This document shows positions 1 through 9,665 of a stretch of 64,000 nucleotides of DNA, one piece after another. Source of the DNA: Candidatus Latescibacterota bacterium (GTDB lineage Bacteria; Latescibacterota; UBA2968); NCBI GenBank assembly GCA_965222605.1, contig OZ244960.1, positions 96,001-160,000 on the forward strand, in the 5' to 3' direction. How positions within the stretch are numbered: the first letter of the stretch is position 1; each line of letters starts with the position of its first letter. The translations under genes were made by a program, and so were the position numbers. A model generated the notes under the pieces. It made no database searches and was not told the origin of the DNA. It was given only the letters and a program-made list of their open reading frames with translations.

Positions 1-2
1 AT

Positions 3-302
3 ATTCCCGATGACGTGATGGAAAGGCTCAACTACCTGGTCATGTATCTTTTTCCCGTACATACGGTTGCAAAGGTTCGTTTGAGCGATACAACGATGGA
101 TTTTGCGCTCATGGATCCGTTCAAACTCTACAGATTTCTCACACGGCAGGCCACAAGTGCGATACCCCATGTGAAGCCCGACGCGGGTTCTATCGCGATT
201 ACGGCATCGCGTTTGGAGAATTACAATTTCCTCAAGACCCATGCCCATCAAATCGAGGGTTTGTTCGATGAGGTCATTACGCTGGTGCGAAGAGAACCCT
301 GA
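3..302 (+). CDS. 3' end of an unidentified gene (frame open from window edge)
   Basis: Frame 3 is open from the window start (IPDDVMERLN...) to the stop at 302; no recognisable motif. Confidence 0.55.
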   Translation: MPDDVMERLNYLVMYLFPVHTVAKVRLSDTTMDFALMDPFKLYRFLTRQATSAIPHVKPDAGSIAITASRLENYNFLKTHAHQIEGLFDEVITLVRREP

Positions 303-381
303 ATGCGGTTTTCTCTTTTCTTTTTTAGCTCTGCCTTATTTTTTTAAACCACTTTTTACAGAGACCAACAGGAGGCAAGCG

Positions 382-951
382 ATGGACGTTTTGGAAGCTA
401 TTCACACGCGGCGCACAATTTTTAAATTCAAACCGGGCGGTGTGCCCAAAGATGTGGTTGAAAAAATTTTTGAAGCCGGTCTGTGGGCGCCCAATCACCA
501 TTTGACAGAACCGTGGCGATTTGTGGTGTTGGGAGAAGAGACCAAAGAAATACTGGCGCAACGCTACAGCGAAATTCAGGAGGAAAAAGCTGCAGAAAGT
601 GCAAGCGACGAGGCCAGGCGGATATTAAAAGAAGCCGGTTATGCCAAGTTCATGTCAAAGCCAACAATTATTGCGGTGGCGTGTTTGCAAGATGGTGACG
701 AAATAAAAAACAGAGAAGATTATGCGGCTACGTGTTGCGCCATGCAAAATGTACAGTTGGTTGCCTGGGCAGTAGGGGTTGGCATGCAGTGGAGCACGGG
801 GCCGATTACATTGGAAGAAAACACCTACAAATTATTGAGTGTAGATACTGAGAACGAATATATTATCGGATTTTTCTACACCGGATATCCCGATGAAATT
901 CCAGAACCGAGGCGAAAACCCCTCGAAGAGGTGATGAGCTGGACGGATTGA
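382..951 (+). CDS. Nitroreductase family protein
   Basis: MDVLEAIHTRRTI..F, APNHHLTEPWRFVV motifs; AGGAGG RBS before ATG 382. Confidence 0.92.
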   Translation: MDVLEAIHTRRTIFKFKPGGVPKDVVEKIFEAGLWAPNHHLTEPWRFVVLGEETKEILAQRYSEIQEEKAAESASDEARRILKEAGYAKFMSKPTIIAVACLQDGDEIKNREDYAATCCAMQNVQLVAWAVGVGMQWSTGPITLEENTYKLLSVDTENEYIIGFFYTGYPDEIPEPRRKPLEEVMSWTD

Positions 952-962
952 TTCCGCTAACC

Positions 963-1748
963 ATGGATGGTTTTGAATTTTTTGTTTTGTATCGCCTGCC
1001 CTACCTCACATGCCCTTTCTATCTTATCATGTTGGGCGTGCGAATATGGGTGTGGATGCGGTTTTACAACCCTGCGCTCAAGCTATTGCCATGGGCCAGA
1101 GGATCTGTATATGGCGTATGGAAGCGGCAGTACCGCCCAACCATTCACATTTTCCCAGGATCTCGCTCACAGGGAACGGAATGGAAGCGCGCAATAAAGG
1201 GCTTTGTTTTTTTTACCGGCCTATACAAACGCGACAAAGTGCTATGGCTGGGTTCCTGGTCGCTCCATTTGGGGCTATTTCTGGTAATCGTTGCTCATGT
1301 GCGCGTGATTTTGCCGCCTGACCAGGAGCTGATCTGTTTGCGCGTCGCATTGACCGGCAGTGGACTGATGACTGTATCGGGCACATATTTGTTGCTTCGT
1401 CGAATAATCGTACAGCGCGTACGAGAAATTACAGACTTTCGGGACTATCTGGCGGAGTTCATCCTCCTGTCCTTTTCTGCGACAGCATTTCTCGTAGTAT
1501 TAGATAGCGGCGTGTCATCCGAGGCCCTGCGCCACTATATGTCTGGCCTATTGACGGGCACAACGGCAGTTATTGAAGTCCAACGCATTTTTGTCTGGCA
1601 CATGCTCGCCGCACAGCTCTTGTTGATCGTGATCCCATTTTCCCATCTGTTGCATTTGGGTGGGATTTTTTTGAGCCGCGAATTTTTGGGCACATCCGAT
1701 ACATTTGCAGGGGATTTTGGACCGGAATTCAAGGATAGACAGGATTAA
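963..1748 (+). CDS. dsrM: DsrM/NarI-like membrane cytochrome b (nitrate reductase gamma subunit family)
   Basis: Multiple TM helices, heme-b His pairs (LHLG..AHVR; WHML..PFSHLLH), RVREIT..DY motif; adjacent to dsrK-like gene; alternative start at 948. Confidence 0.75.
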   Translation: MDGFEFFVLYRLPYLTCPFYLIMLGVRIWVWMRFYNPALKLLPWARGSVYGVWKRQYRPTIHIFPGSRSQGTEWKRAIKGFVFFTGLYKRDKVLWLGSWSLHLGLFLVIVAHVRVILPPDQELICLRVALTGSGLMTVSGTYLLLRRIIVQRVREITDFRDYLAEFILLSFSATAFLVVLDSGVSSEALRHYMSGLLTGTTAVIEVQRIFVWHMLAAQLLLIVIPFSHLLHLGGIFLSREFLGTSDTFAGDFGPEFKDRQD

Positions 1749-1768
1749 CATCCGCAGGGATTGAACGA

Positions 1769-3103
1769 ATGGAACGCGAAAAAAAATACATTCCATCAGG
1801 CATGGTTGGCACGTATATGCGGCGCATTGCCGAATCGGATCCGTTTGTCCGAGAGATTCAGGATGAACCGTCGGCGTTGCGTTTGTACATGGATACCTGT
1901 ACCAAATGTGGGGTTTGCGCGCAGGAATGCCCGGTGTATTACGGGCAGCCCGATAAGCGCATGCACCCTGTGGAACGCTCTCGACAAGTGATTCGTTTAT
2001 ATAAAAAGTACACGACATTTTGGGGGCGATTCTGGAACGCCATTTTCCCAAAACCAGATTTTGAAAATAACGATGCCGAATTGTTTTCCGAGCGCATGTA
2101 CGAGTGTTTGACCTGTCGGCGGTGTGCGGCATTTTGTCCTGTGGGAATCGATCATTCGGTGGTTTCCCGCGTTGGACGCTCGCTTGTCGATTTGATGGGG
2201 CTGACGCCACCATCCCTGGCACAGGGCACGCACAATTCGTTTGAAACGGGCAATTTGGAAGGTGCGTCGCCCGAGGCATTTTTGGATGCGATTCAATTTA
2301 TCGAAGAGGAACTCAGGGAAGAAACAGGACGAAATATTTCCATTCCCTTAGACCGCGAAGGCGCGGAAATTTTCTTTTTACCACCGTCGGGCGATGTGCT
2401 GGTTTATGCTGAAAACTTAATGGGCATGGCGAAAATTTTTCACGCCATCGGCGCCGATTGGACAATGAGTTCGCGGGCATTTGACGGATCGAATTTCGGA
2501 TTTACGACCGGCAACAACTTTTCGATGAAGTACGAGAACAAGCACTACATCGACGCGTGCGAAAAATTGGGATGTAAACTCATGGTGATGGGCGAATGCG
2601 GGCATGCGTATCGGGTGATGAAGTTTATGGCCTGCGAAGGGCACTGGTGGGGCACATTGCCTTTTGAGATTACCAGTGGATTTGAATATACGGCGCAACT
2701 TATTCGCGCGGGCAACCTGAAATTGGACCCGGATAAAAATCCCGATTCTGTGACCTATCACGACGCTTGCCAATTTGCTGCCGGGTGTGGAATTGTTGAG
2801 GAACCCCGAGAGATTTTGAAAGCGGCCTGTGCCGATTACCGCGAGATGCCCGATGGCGGGTACACGCAGTGGTGTTGTGGTGGTGGCGGCGGGTTGTCGG
2901 CACTGCGCTCGGTGCGCGCATTTCGGATGGAGGTCTCGGGAAAAAAGAAAGCAGAGCAAATGCGCCAGACCGATGCGAAGATCGTATCCACTTCGTGTTT
3001 GCAGTGCCGCACACAACTCAAAGAAATTGCGCGCTATCACAAAATGCCACTAAAAATTACGGGTGTACACGAGTTGGTAAACAATGCGATTCTACTGGAA
3101 TAG
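1769..3103 (+). CDS. dsrK: DsrK/HdrD-like Fe-S heterodisulfide reductase subunit
   Basis: Two CxxCxxCxxxCP motifs, ECGHAYR, YHDAC...WCCGGGGG...SCLQC CCG domain. Confidence 0.8.
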   Translation: MEREKKYIPSGMVGTYMRRIAESDPFVREIQDEPSALRLYMDTCTKCGVCAQECPVYYGQPDKRMHPVERSRQVIRLYKKYTTFWGRFWNAIFPKPDFENNDAELFSERMYECLTCRRCAAFCPVGIDHSVVSRVGRSLVDLMGLTPPSLAQGTHNSFETGNLEGASPEAFLDAIQFIEEELREETGRNISIPLDREGAEIFFLPPSGDVLVYAENLMGMAKIFHAIGADWTMSSRAFDGSNFGFTTGNNFSMKYENKHYIDACEKLGCKLMVMGECGHAYRVMKFMACEGHWWGTLPFEITSGFEYTAQLIRAGNLKLDPDKNPDSVTYHDACQFAAGCGIVEEPREILKAACADYREMPDGGYTQWCCGGGGGLSALRSVRAFRMEVSGKKKAEQMRQTDAKIVSTSCLQCRTQLKEIARYHKMPLKITGVHELVNNAILLE

Positions 3104-3113
3104 CCGATAGCTC

Positions 3114-4289
3114 ATGTCTCATTTAATTTACATGGACAATGCGGCAACGACGTTTCCAAAGCCCCCCAATGTGCTGGAAGACGCGCTGGCGTTTTATCGA
3201 AAATACGGGGTGAACCCCGGGCGCAGTGGCATGGATTTAGCGCGGGAGGCCGAGGCTATGGTTGCCGAGGCGCGTGCATCACTCGCATCGTTTTTGGGGG
3301 CTACGGGCAGTCCCGATCAGCTGGTGTTTACACACAATGCCTCAGATGCGTTGAATATTGCGATTCAGGGCACGTTGAAATCCGGCGATCACGTAATTAC
3401 AACGCTTCTGGATCACAACTCGGTTTTGCGCCCGATTTACCATCTCTCAAAATATGAAGGAATTGAGACGACTTATGTGGGCTTTGGGGCGGATGGCTTT
3501 GCCGACCCCGCCGATATTGCCAGAGCGATCAGACCAAATACAAAACTCGTGGTAATGACCCATGCATCCAATGTACTGGGCACTGTGCAGCCCGTAGCAG
3601 CAGTCGGCGCAATCTGTCGCGCACGCGGTGTAATTTTCTGCGTTGATGTGGCGCAAACAGCGGGTATGTTGCCCATTGATATGGAGGCGATGCAGGCCGA
3701 TATTTTGTGTTTTACCGGACACAAGTCACTCATGGGACCAACGGGTACTGGTGGGATGTACGTGCGCAAAGGCGTGGCGATTGCACCGTTGCGATACGGC
3801 GGGACGGGTGTGCGATCCGAGTATCCCGATCATCTGGACGAGTATCCCTGGCGATTGGAGTGTGGCACGGGCAATCTGATGGGCATTGCAGGGTTGTTGT
3901 ACGCGCAGAAATGGATGCGATGCGAAGGCGTAGAAAATATTCATGCACGCGAGATGGCTTTGTTCAAACAACTGGTCAATGGCCTGCGCGAAGTCGATGG
4001 AACCATTTTGTATTGCGCTGAAAATCTCGATCAACACGTACCTGTACTGTCGGTCAATATCGAAGGGATGACAGCGAACAATGTAGGTACATTACTGGAT
4101 GTAAAGTTCAATGTGGCAACGCGCACGGGATTGCAATGCGCGCCAAAGGTACATGAGATATTGGGCACGAAAGCGATGAAGGGCACCGTGCGCCTTTCGT
4201 TGGGTCCCTTCAATACCGAAGCACAGATTGAGACTGTGATCGAGGGCTTGAGCGATATTTCCAAAAGACACGGGCGAAGTAGTGTATGA
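3114..4289 (+). CDS. Cysteine desulfurase family protein (class V PLP aminotransferase)
   Basis: YMDNAATT, HNSV, HASNVLG, DVAQTAG, FTGHKSLMGP (PLP Lys), RTGLQCAP (catalytic Cys). Confidence 0.9.
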   Translation: MSHLIYMDNAATTFPKPPNVLEDALAFYRKYGVNPGRSGMDLAREAEAMVAEARASLASFLGATGSPDQLVFTHNASDALNIAIQGTLKSGDHVITTLLDHNSVLRPIYHLSKYEGIETTYVGFGADGFADPADIARAIRPNTKLVVMTHASNVLGTVQPVAAVGAICRARGVIFCVDVAQTAGMLPIDMEAMQADILCFTGHKSLMGPTGTGGMYVRKGVAIAPLRYGGTGVRSEYPDHLDEYPWRLECGTGNLMGIAGLLYAQKWMRCEGVENIHAREMALFKQLVNGLREVDGTILYCAENLDQHVPVLSVNIEGMTANNVGTLLDVKFNVATRTGLQCAPKVHEILGTKAMKGTVRLSLGPFNTEAQIETVIEGLSDISKRHGRSSV

Positions 4290-4341
4290 AGGCGAGTAAT
4301 TCGAGCATGACTGCACCAGCAGGTAAAAGGTCAGGTGAGGA

Positions 4342-4665
4342 ATGGCGTATGAAATTGTGACGCTGGGTGGCAAAGAAATTGAGGTGGATGAAGATGGATT
4401 TGTCCAACAGCCCGAGTTGTGGGATGAAGATGTGGCGCGCGATCTGGCCCAACAAGATGGCATTGAAGAGATGAGTGAGGATCACTGGCAAGTGGTGTAT
4501 TATATCCGCAATTATTGGTTGAAATTTGAGATCGCCCCATTGATCCGCCGCTTATGTAAGGAGACGGAGAAAGATATCGATACGATTTACGATCTGTTTT
4601 CCGCAGGCCCCGCCGATGGCGCGTGTAAAATCGCGGGCTTGCCAACTCCTACTGGCTGTACATGA
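4342..4665 (+). CDS. dsrC: DsrC/TusE family sulfur relay protein with both C-terminal cysteines
   Basis: VDEDGF...WDEDVA, HWQVVYYIR, LF.AGP..GACKIAGLPTPTGCT (C-X10-C). Confidence 0.88.
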   Translation: MAYEIVTLGGKEIEVDEDGFVQQPELWDEDVARDLAQQDGIEEMSEDHWQVVYYIRNYWLKFEIAPLIRRLCKETEKDIDTIYDLFSAGPADGACKIAGLPTPTGCT

Positions 4666-4703
4666 CCGCTAAACTAAAAATAAGACAACAAATGAGGCCA
4701 AAG

Positions 4704-4970
4704 ATGTCGTCTATAATGATTGAATGCCCTGCCAACATTCTGGATGCGCTAAAAGAAACCCCTGATGAATTTGCGCGAGAAGCACGGATACTTTTGGCAG
4801 CAAAGCTATATGAAATTGGTCGCTTATCTTCAGGGCGAGCTGCAGAACTCGCAGGCCTGGGTAGGGTGGCTTTTTTTGATATGTTGAAGTCGTACAAAGT
4901 ACCTGTCGCAAATTTAACCCGTGAAGAGTTGAAAAAGGACTTTGAGAGTGCCAGAAAGATGCGTGGTTGA
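4704..4970 (+). CDS. UPF0175 family antitoxin-like protein
   Basis: LAAKLYEIGRLSSGRAAELAGLGRVAF signature. Confidence 0.85.
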   Translation: MSSIMIECPANILDALKETPDEFAREARILLAAKLYEIGRLSSGRAAELAGLGRVAFFDMLKSYKVPVANLTREELKKDFESARKMRG

Positions 4971-5028
4971 TACATCTGCACTACAATATCTTTTTCGCAT
5001 TGATCAACTCTGCTCTGTACGCGCTTGA
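4948..5028 (+). pseudogene. N-terminal remnant of a DUF3368/PIN toxin
   Basis: GTG 4948 overlaps the antitoxin end and translates MPERCVVDTSALQYLFRIDQL (PIN beta1 DTS motif), then runs into the convergent garR end. Confidence 0.6.
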
Positions 5029-5906
5029 ATATTCGACATATCTTCAATAATCGTGAGCAAACCCGAGTGGTCAAGTTCGCCCCGACCTTTGACCATTGCG
5101 GTCTTGAAAAGCTCAAAAACCTCGCTGGTAACGGGCAAGGGCACGTCGAAATCATTGCTTGTCTTTTGGATGATATTGAGGTCTTTATAGTGCAGACGAA
5201 TGCGAAAGCCGGGATCAAAATCGCCGTTGACCATGCGTTCGCCCCTGTTTTCAAGGACGCCACAGCGAGCGAGGCCCCCGCTGAGCACCTGAACGATTTT
5301 AATCGGATCAACACCCGCTTTGGTGCCCATTGTGAGGGCTTCGGACACGCCAGCAATGGTGACAGCAACGAGGATTTGATTGCACGCTTTCACGGTTTGC
5401 CCCGCGCCGAGAGGGCCACACAAAATCGCACTTTGGCCCATGATATCAAAAAGCGGTTTGACCGTATTGAACGTATCTTCATCGCCGCCAACCATAATGG
5501 AAAGGGTGGCGTTTTGAGCGCCGATGTCGCCGCCGCTGACGGGTGCATCAAGGCTTTGGACGCCTTTTTTTGCGAGTGCCTCCCCTACCTGTGTGGTGAC
5601 ACTGGGCGCAATCGTGCTCATATCGACGAAAATCAGGCCCTCGTGCGCGCCTTCAATAATGCCGCCCTCGCCCAAAGCAACACTCTCAACATCGGGCGAA
5701 TCGGGCAACATAGTGATAAGGATATCGCTTTGCTCTGCCACCTCTTTGCCAGAGTGCGCTTCTGCTGCTCCTTTTCCCACGAGTTCATCGACCGCATCGC
5801 GATTGCGGTTGTGTACGACGAGTTCATATCCAGCATCTATCAAATGACTGGCCATCGGCTTCCCCATAATTCCAAGACCGATAAATCCAATTTTTGGTTT
5901 TGACAT
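5004..5906 (-). CDS. garR: 2-hydroxy-3-oxopropionate (tartronate semialdehyde) reductase
   Basis: IGFIGLGIMGKPMA, MLPDSPDV, DAPVSGG, GAGQTVKACNQI, PGFRIRLHYKDL. Confidence 0.88.
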   Translation of the reverse strand: MSKPKIGFIGLGIMGKPMASHLIDAGYELVVHNRNRDAVDELVGKGAAEAHSGKEVAEQSDILITMLPDSPDVESVALGEGGIIEGAHEGLIFVDMSTIAPSVTTQVGEALAKKGVQSLDAPVSGGDIGAQNATLSIMVGGDEDTFNTVKPLFDIMGQSAILCGPLGAGQTVKACNQILVAVTIAGVSEALTMGTKAGVDPIKIVQVLSGGLARCGVLENRGERMVNGDFDPGFRIRLHYKDLNIIQKTSNDFDVPLPVTSEVFELFKTAMVKGRGELDHSGLLTIIEDMSNIQARTEQS

Positions 5907-6041
5907 GTGTTAAATCCCTTTCAATAGATGGTTTCTCTTATCCTGCGGCCTGCGATAAATATAATCGCCTGCTCCCCATTCCTCAACTTCAATCGGCAAA
6001 AAACTATCGGCGGACACTCCTGGTTTGTTCATTTTTACTTC

Positions 6042-6968
6042 TCACAAGGACTTCTTCAACTCCGCAAGCGAGGGAAAGGCATGGCGCTCCCACACCCGCA
6101 CGACCACCCCATCCACAATATAGGCCAACCTCGGGTAGCCCTGTCCATGGGTCAATCGCTTAAAATCCGCGAGAGAAATTGCGGCGATGGTGAAGCGCGG
6201 TCGAAACTGCATTTTGAACTGCACGGTCGCGGGATGGTCTTTGGGATACTGGCTCAAAGCAATTAATTTGGGCACCTCTGGATCGGCCGCCCAGACATTG
6301 AGCTTGGGCACGGCGGCCTGGCAATAGTGGCAGGTTGGACTGAACAACTCGATCAGATAGGCTCCCTGAGTCAAATCGATATTCGCATCCAGCACGGATA
6401 CACCTTTCAGATAATTACCCACCTGCAGGTCTGAGTCAGCTATGCGATCGCGCTCGGGCAAATAGCGAAAACCCAGCACCGTTAGAGAAACCAATCCGCC
6501 GACCAGGACCACCCATCGCCCCCATGCCCATAGCGCAACAGACCGCCGACGCAGCCCCCACCATGAAAAGACCAACAGCCCCAACATGAGAAAATTTTCC
6601 ACCATTGCCTCAACCGGCGACCGATCGATTAGAGTGCCAAAACATCCACAACTCTCCCCCATTCCCCGATGCCATGCATGAGCGGTAATCGCGATAAAAA
6701 AAACCATCATCACCGCACCTATGGGCAAAACGAGACGCGGCTTCCAATCGACCAAAAGCGCGAGACCCACCAGACATTCCAGCGGGCCGAGCAACAGTGC
6801 CAAACTGGCGACCATCTCCACTGTCTCGCGCCCGACAAAAATCTGGGCAGGCATCGAAGCCTCCCAAAAAAAGAGCACGGGATCCCATATCTTAGTCAGA
6901 CCAGCCACCAAAAAAACCACCCCCATAATCCGCTGGCTTATCCACAGGCTCTTTTCTAATCCACTCAT
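6042..6968 (-). CDS. MauE/DoxX membrane protein fused to a thioredoxin-like domain
   Basis: TM helices with SCGCFG motif; C-terminal FSPTCHYC (CxxC). Confidence 0.8.
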   Translation of the reverse strand: MSGLEKSLWISQRIMGVVFLVAGLTKIWDPVLFFWEASMPAQIFVGRETVEMVASLALLLGPLECLVGLALLVDWKPRLVLPIGAVMMVFFIAITAHAWHRGMGESCGCFGTLIDRSPVEAMVENFLMLGLLVFSWWGLRRRSVALWAWGRWVVLVGGLVSLTVLGFRYLPERDRIADSDLQVGNYLKGVSVLDANIDLTQGAYLIELFSPTCHYCQAAVPKLNVWAADPEVPKLIALSQYPKDHPATVQFKMQFRPRFTIAAISLADFKRLTHGQGYPRLAYIVDGVVVRVWERHAFPSLAELKKSL

Positions 6969-7009
6969 AGATATTTTCCTCTCAAACTGATCGTCAATAA
7001 TTGCGTCAT

Positions 7010-7852
7010 TCAGTCAATAAATAACGGCTGATCGGATCGCGGTACAATACCCGCTTCTTCTGCCCGCGCAAAAAGATCGACTAGCGCAGCCTCGCCATCT
7101 GCACCGTAATCCAACGTGTATTCATTGACGTAGAGATCGATATGTTGCTGCATCACAGCTTCGTCCATCTCCTGTGCGTAATGGCGGATATAATTTTTAA
7201 CCGAATCGGGGTTGGTATGTGCATATTCTACACTGGCGCAAAGAGATACATCAATTTGTTGAATTTTTTCTTTGCCGAGATCGCGTCGGGCAAGAATACC
7301 GCCGAGCGGAATGGGATGCCCCGTAGTTACCTCCCACCATTCGCCCAGGTCAATAACCTTGTGCAAGCCATAATCGGGATAGGTAAATCGCGATTCGTGG
7401 ATGATCACGCCGGCATCAACATCGCCTTTTTGCGTGGCCTCCATAATCTCGTGAAAAGGCATTGCGACGAGGTTGTCAAGTGCAGGATTAAAGAGACGCA
7501 GCAAGAGCGCGGCTGTGGTGAGTTTGCCGGGAATGGCAATGCGTTTGCTCAACAGATCGCGCGGATCGAGGGCATCAGACGCGATAACAAGCGGTCCACA
7601 CCCACGCCCCAATGCCCCGCCTGAATGCAGCAGACAATACCGGTCGCGCATAAATGCAAAGGCATGGAATGATATCTTGGTCATATCCAATTTACCAGCC
7701 ATAGCCATGCGATTCAGGGTCTCGATATCTTCGAGAATCTCGCGGTATCTGGGTGCGCCATCAATTTTCCCGTGAACCAGACCGTAAAAAATATACGTGT
7801 CATTGGGACAAGGAGAATAACCGAGAGAAATGCGGGACATTGTGTACCTCAT
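7010..7852 (-). CDS. mqnD: 1,4-dihydroxy-6-naphthoate synthase
   Basis: GYSPCPNDTYIF, GGALGRGCGP, IIHESRFTY, HIDLYVN. Confidence 0.95.
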   Translation of the reverse strand: MRYTMSRISLGYSPCPNDTYIFYGLVHGKIDGAPRYREILEDIETLNRMAMAGKLDMTKISFHAFAFMRDRYCLLHSGGALGRGCGPLVIASDALDPRDLLSKRIAIPGKLTTAALLLRLFNPALDNLVAMPFHEIMEATQKGDVDAGVIIHESRFTYPDYGLHKVIDLGEWWEVTTGHPIPLGGILARRDLGKEKIQQIDVSLCASVEYAHTNPDSVKNYIRHYAQEMDEAVMQQHIDLYVNEYTLDYGADGEAALVDLFARAEEAGIVPRSDQPLFID

Positions 7853-7868
7853 GTCATGTGATTTATCC

Positions 7869-7894
7869 GGGACGGCACAGGGGCCGTCCCCTAC
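7869..7894 (-). repeat. GTAG-type REP-like palindrome
   Basis: Minus strand GTAG-GGGACGGC-CCCTGT-GCCGTCCC, intergenic. Confidence 0.65.
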
Positions 7895-7912
7895 CGTGTA
7901 GCGCGTAATCTC

Positions 7913-8635
7913 CTACCCCAATGCTTCAATGAATTTTCGCGCTGCGATTTGCACGCGCTGAACAGATCGGGGAATATCCCAGGCGTCTTTATTTCGGTCT
8001 TCCACGCGGTTGCTGATAGCACGCAGTTCGAGGAATGGAACCGCATAAAGGGTACAAATATGCGCCGCGGCCGCGCCCTCCATATTTTCGCATATCGCCT
8101 TGAAACGCGCTGCCAGTTCATTTCCAATATCCTCGCGTCCCGTACATTGTTGCACCGTGACAAAAGGACCTTGCACAACATGTTCGCCCGATTGTTCGAG
8201 TATGTGTTGCGCTTTGGCGACAAGCGTGGGATCGAGAGAATACGTATTGTAATAATCGCGGTTGGTCGATAGGACGGGAATGCCGATCTCATCGGCAGGA
8301 AACCAGCCAGCAGATGTGATAACGCCTAAATCGCCATAATTTTCTTCGGTCGCAAGTGCGAGATCGCCTTTGTCCAGGCCACTGTCGAGATAAGCACCGC
8401 CAATGCCGATTTGCAGGACGAGTTTGGGATCGATTTCTTGCAGTGCAACAGTCAGAGCCTGCGCCGTATTGACCGCGCCAATACCCGTTTCAACAAGAAC
8501 AACGGGCCTGATGCCAATCAGGCCGCGAACCCAGGCGCGATGTCCCATGCGTTGTGTCGTCACCTGTTGAAGGCTGTCGCGCAAACGCTGTTGCTCATAA
8601 GCCGTAGCTGTCAGGACGATCAAAAGATCGGGCAT
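7913..8635 (-). CDS. mqnB: Futalosine hydrolase
   Basis: PNP/UDP fold: TGIGAVNTA, GIGGAY, ENMEGAAAAH, ELRAISNRVEDR; next to mqnD. Confidence 0.92.
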   Translation of the reverse strand: MPDLLIVLTATAYEQQRLRDSLQQVTTQRMGHRAWVRGLIGIRPVVLVETGIGAVNTAQALTVALQEIDPKLVLQIGIGGAYLDSGLDKGDLALATEENYGDLGVITSAGWFPADEIGIPVLSTNRDYYNTYSLDPTLVAKAQHILEQSGEHVVQGPFVTVQQCTGREDIGNELAARFKAICENMEGAAAAHICTLYAVPFLELRAISNRVEDRNKDAWDIPRSVQRVQIAARKFIEALG

Positions 8636-8645
8636 GGTCGAGCAC

Positions 8646-9665
8646 CTAAAAAGAAAAGGGCATCTTCAGAGGCACGGTTCGCTGCGCAGGCTCGTACCAT
8701 CCCTGAGGGGCAAAATGATCGGAATGCAAATAGCATTTTACATCTACCCGATCACAACCCTCTGTAAAGGTCAAAACGCGACTCATCGGCACGTTCTTTT
8801 GCCCGTGAAATTTTGAAATCGCAGCGACGTTAATAAATGTCGCGCCCCACTTCTGTTCCACATGCGAACGCCCGCCAGTGGTATCTTCGGGATTTGTGTG
8901 CGTGTGCCCGCCCAGCCAGATATCACAAACACCGGGATTATCTGCCAGAACACCTTCAAACTGTCCGCTATCTGGTTTGCCCCCCACCCAGTAGAGATAC
9001 GAAGCTCCAATAGGCGCGCCATCGTCAAAACGACCGTGATAGCCTTCATCCACCCCCACCCAATCGAGCGAAGCAACCGTCGTCTCTTTTAACATGTGGT
9101 GATGTGCCGAAATGATAATTTTATCCCGATTGGAAAGCACCATATCGCGCCACCATTCAAATGTCTCCTGCGTGACTGCGCCTGCGGGATAACCGCCCCT
9201 TTCTCCTCGCCCTACAGGCGGCCCTCCATCATTGCGATCCCCCATACACAGGAACAGGATATTCCCCACCTCAAAAGAATACCGATCCCACTGCCCGGTT
9301 ACGGAATACGGTCGTTGGTCGGCATAAACACCCGAATATTCGGAGTTTTCCCCCATCGGATCCACCCACTTTTGAAACCACCACTGCGTCTCTTCATCAG
9401 GCCCACTCGCATCGTGATTGCCCACGATATTGTAAAAATGCGATCGCGGGTGTTTGGTCGATACACGGTATTGCCGAACCACCTCCTCGCCTTCTTCATC
9501 GTCGGGCGGTTCCTGCGCGCCGGATAGATCGCCAATATCGAGCATCACATCCCATTCAAAATCCCGCTCTGCCTGCAAAATAGCTGTTTCCAAACTCTTT
9601 CGTCCCTGCCGCAGATCCGTTCCCACATGTGCATCCCCACCAGCCCAGAGTGTAAATGCGTTCAT
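8646..9665 (-). CDS. Calcineurin-like metallophosphoesterase
   Basis: DAH, GD, GNHD, HH, GHTH motifs; ATGA overlap with the upstream gene. Confidence 0.85.
   Translation of the reverse strand: MNAFTLWAGGDAHVGTDLRQGRKSLETAILQAERDFEWDVMLDIGDLSGAQEPPDDEEGEEVVRQYRVSTKHPRSHFYNIVGNHDASGPDEETQWWFQKWVDPMGENSEYSGVYADQRPYSVTGQWDRYSFEVGNILFLCMGDRNDGGPPVGRGERGGYPAGAVTQETFEWWRDMVLSNRDKIIISAHHHMLKETTVASLDWVGVDEGYHGRFDDGAPIGASYLYWVGGKPDSGQFEGVLADNPGVCDIWLGGHTHTNPEDTTGGRSHVEQKWGATFINVAAISKFHGQKNVPMSRVLTFTEGCDRVDVKCYLHSDHFAPQGWYEPAQRTVPLKMPFSF

Noticed and set aside
963-4665. Evidence that the organism is a sulfate reducer or sulfur oxidiser
   Set aside because: dsrAB, sat and apr are absent from the window; dsrMKC alone is not diagnostic.
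5025-5903. Long antisense ORFs (e.g. 5025-5903, 21666-22529, 42397-43251)
   Set aside because: They are shadows of well-supported genes on the opposite strand, with no motifs or RBS.
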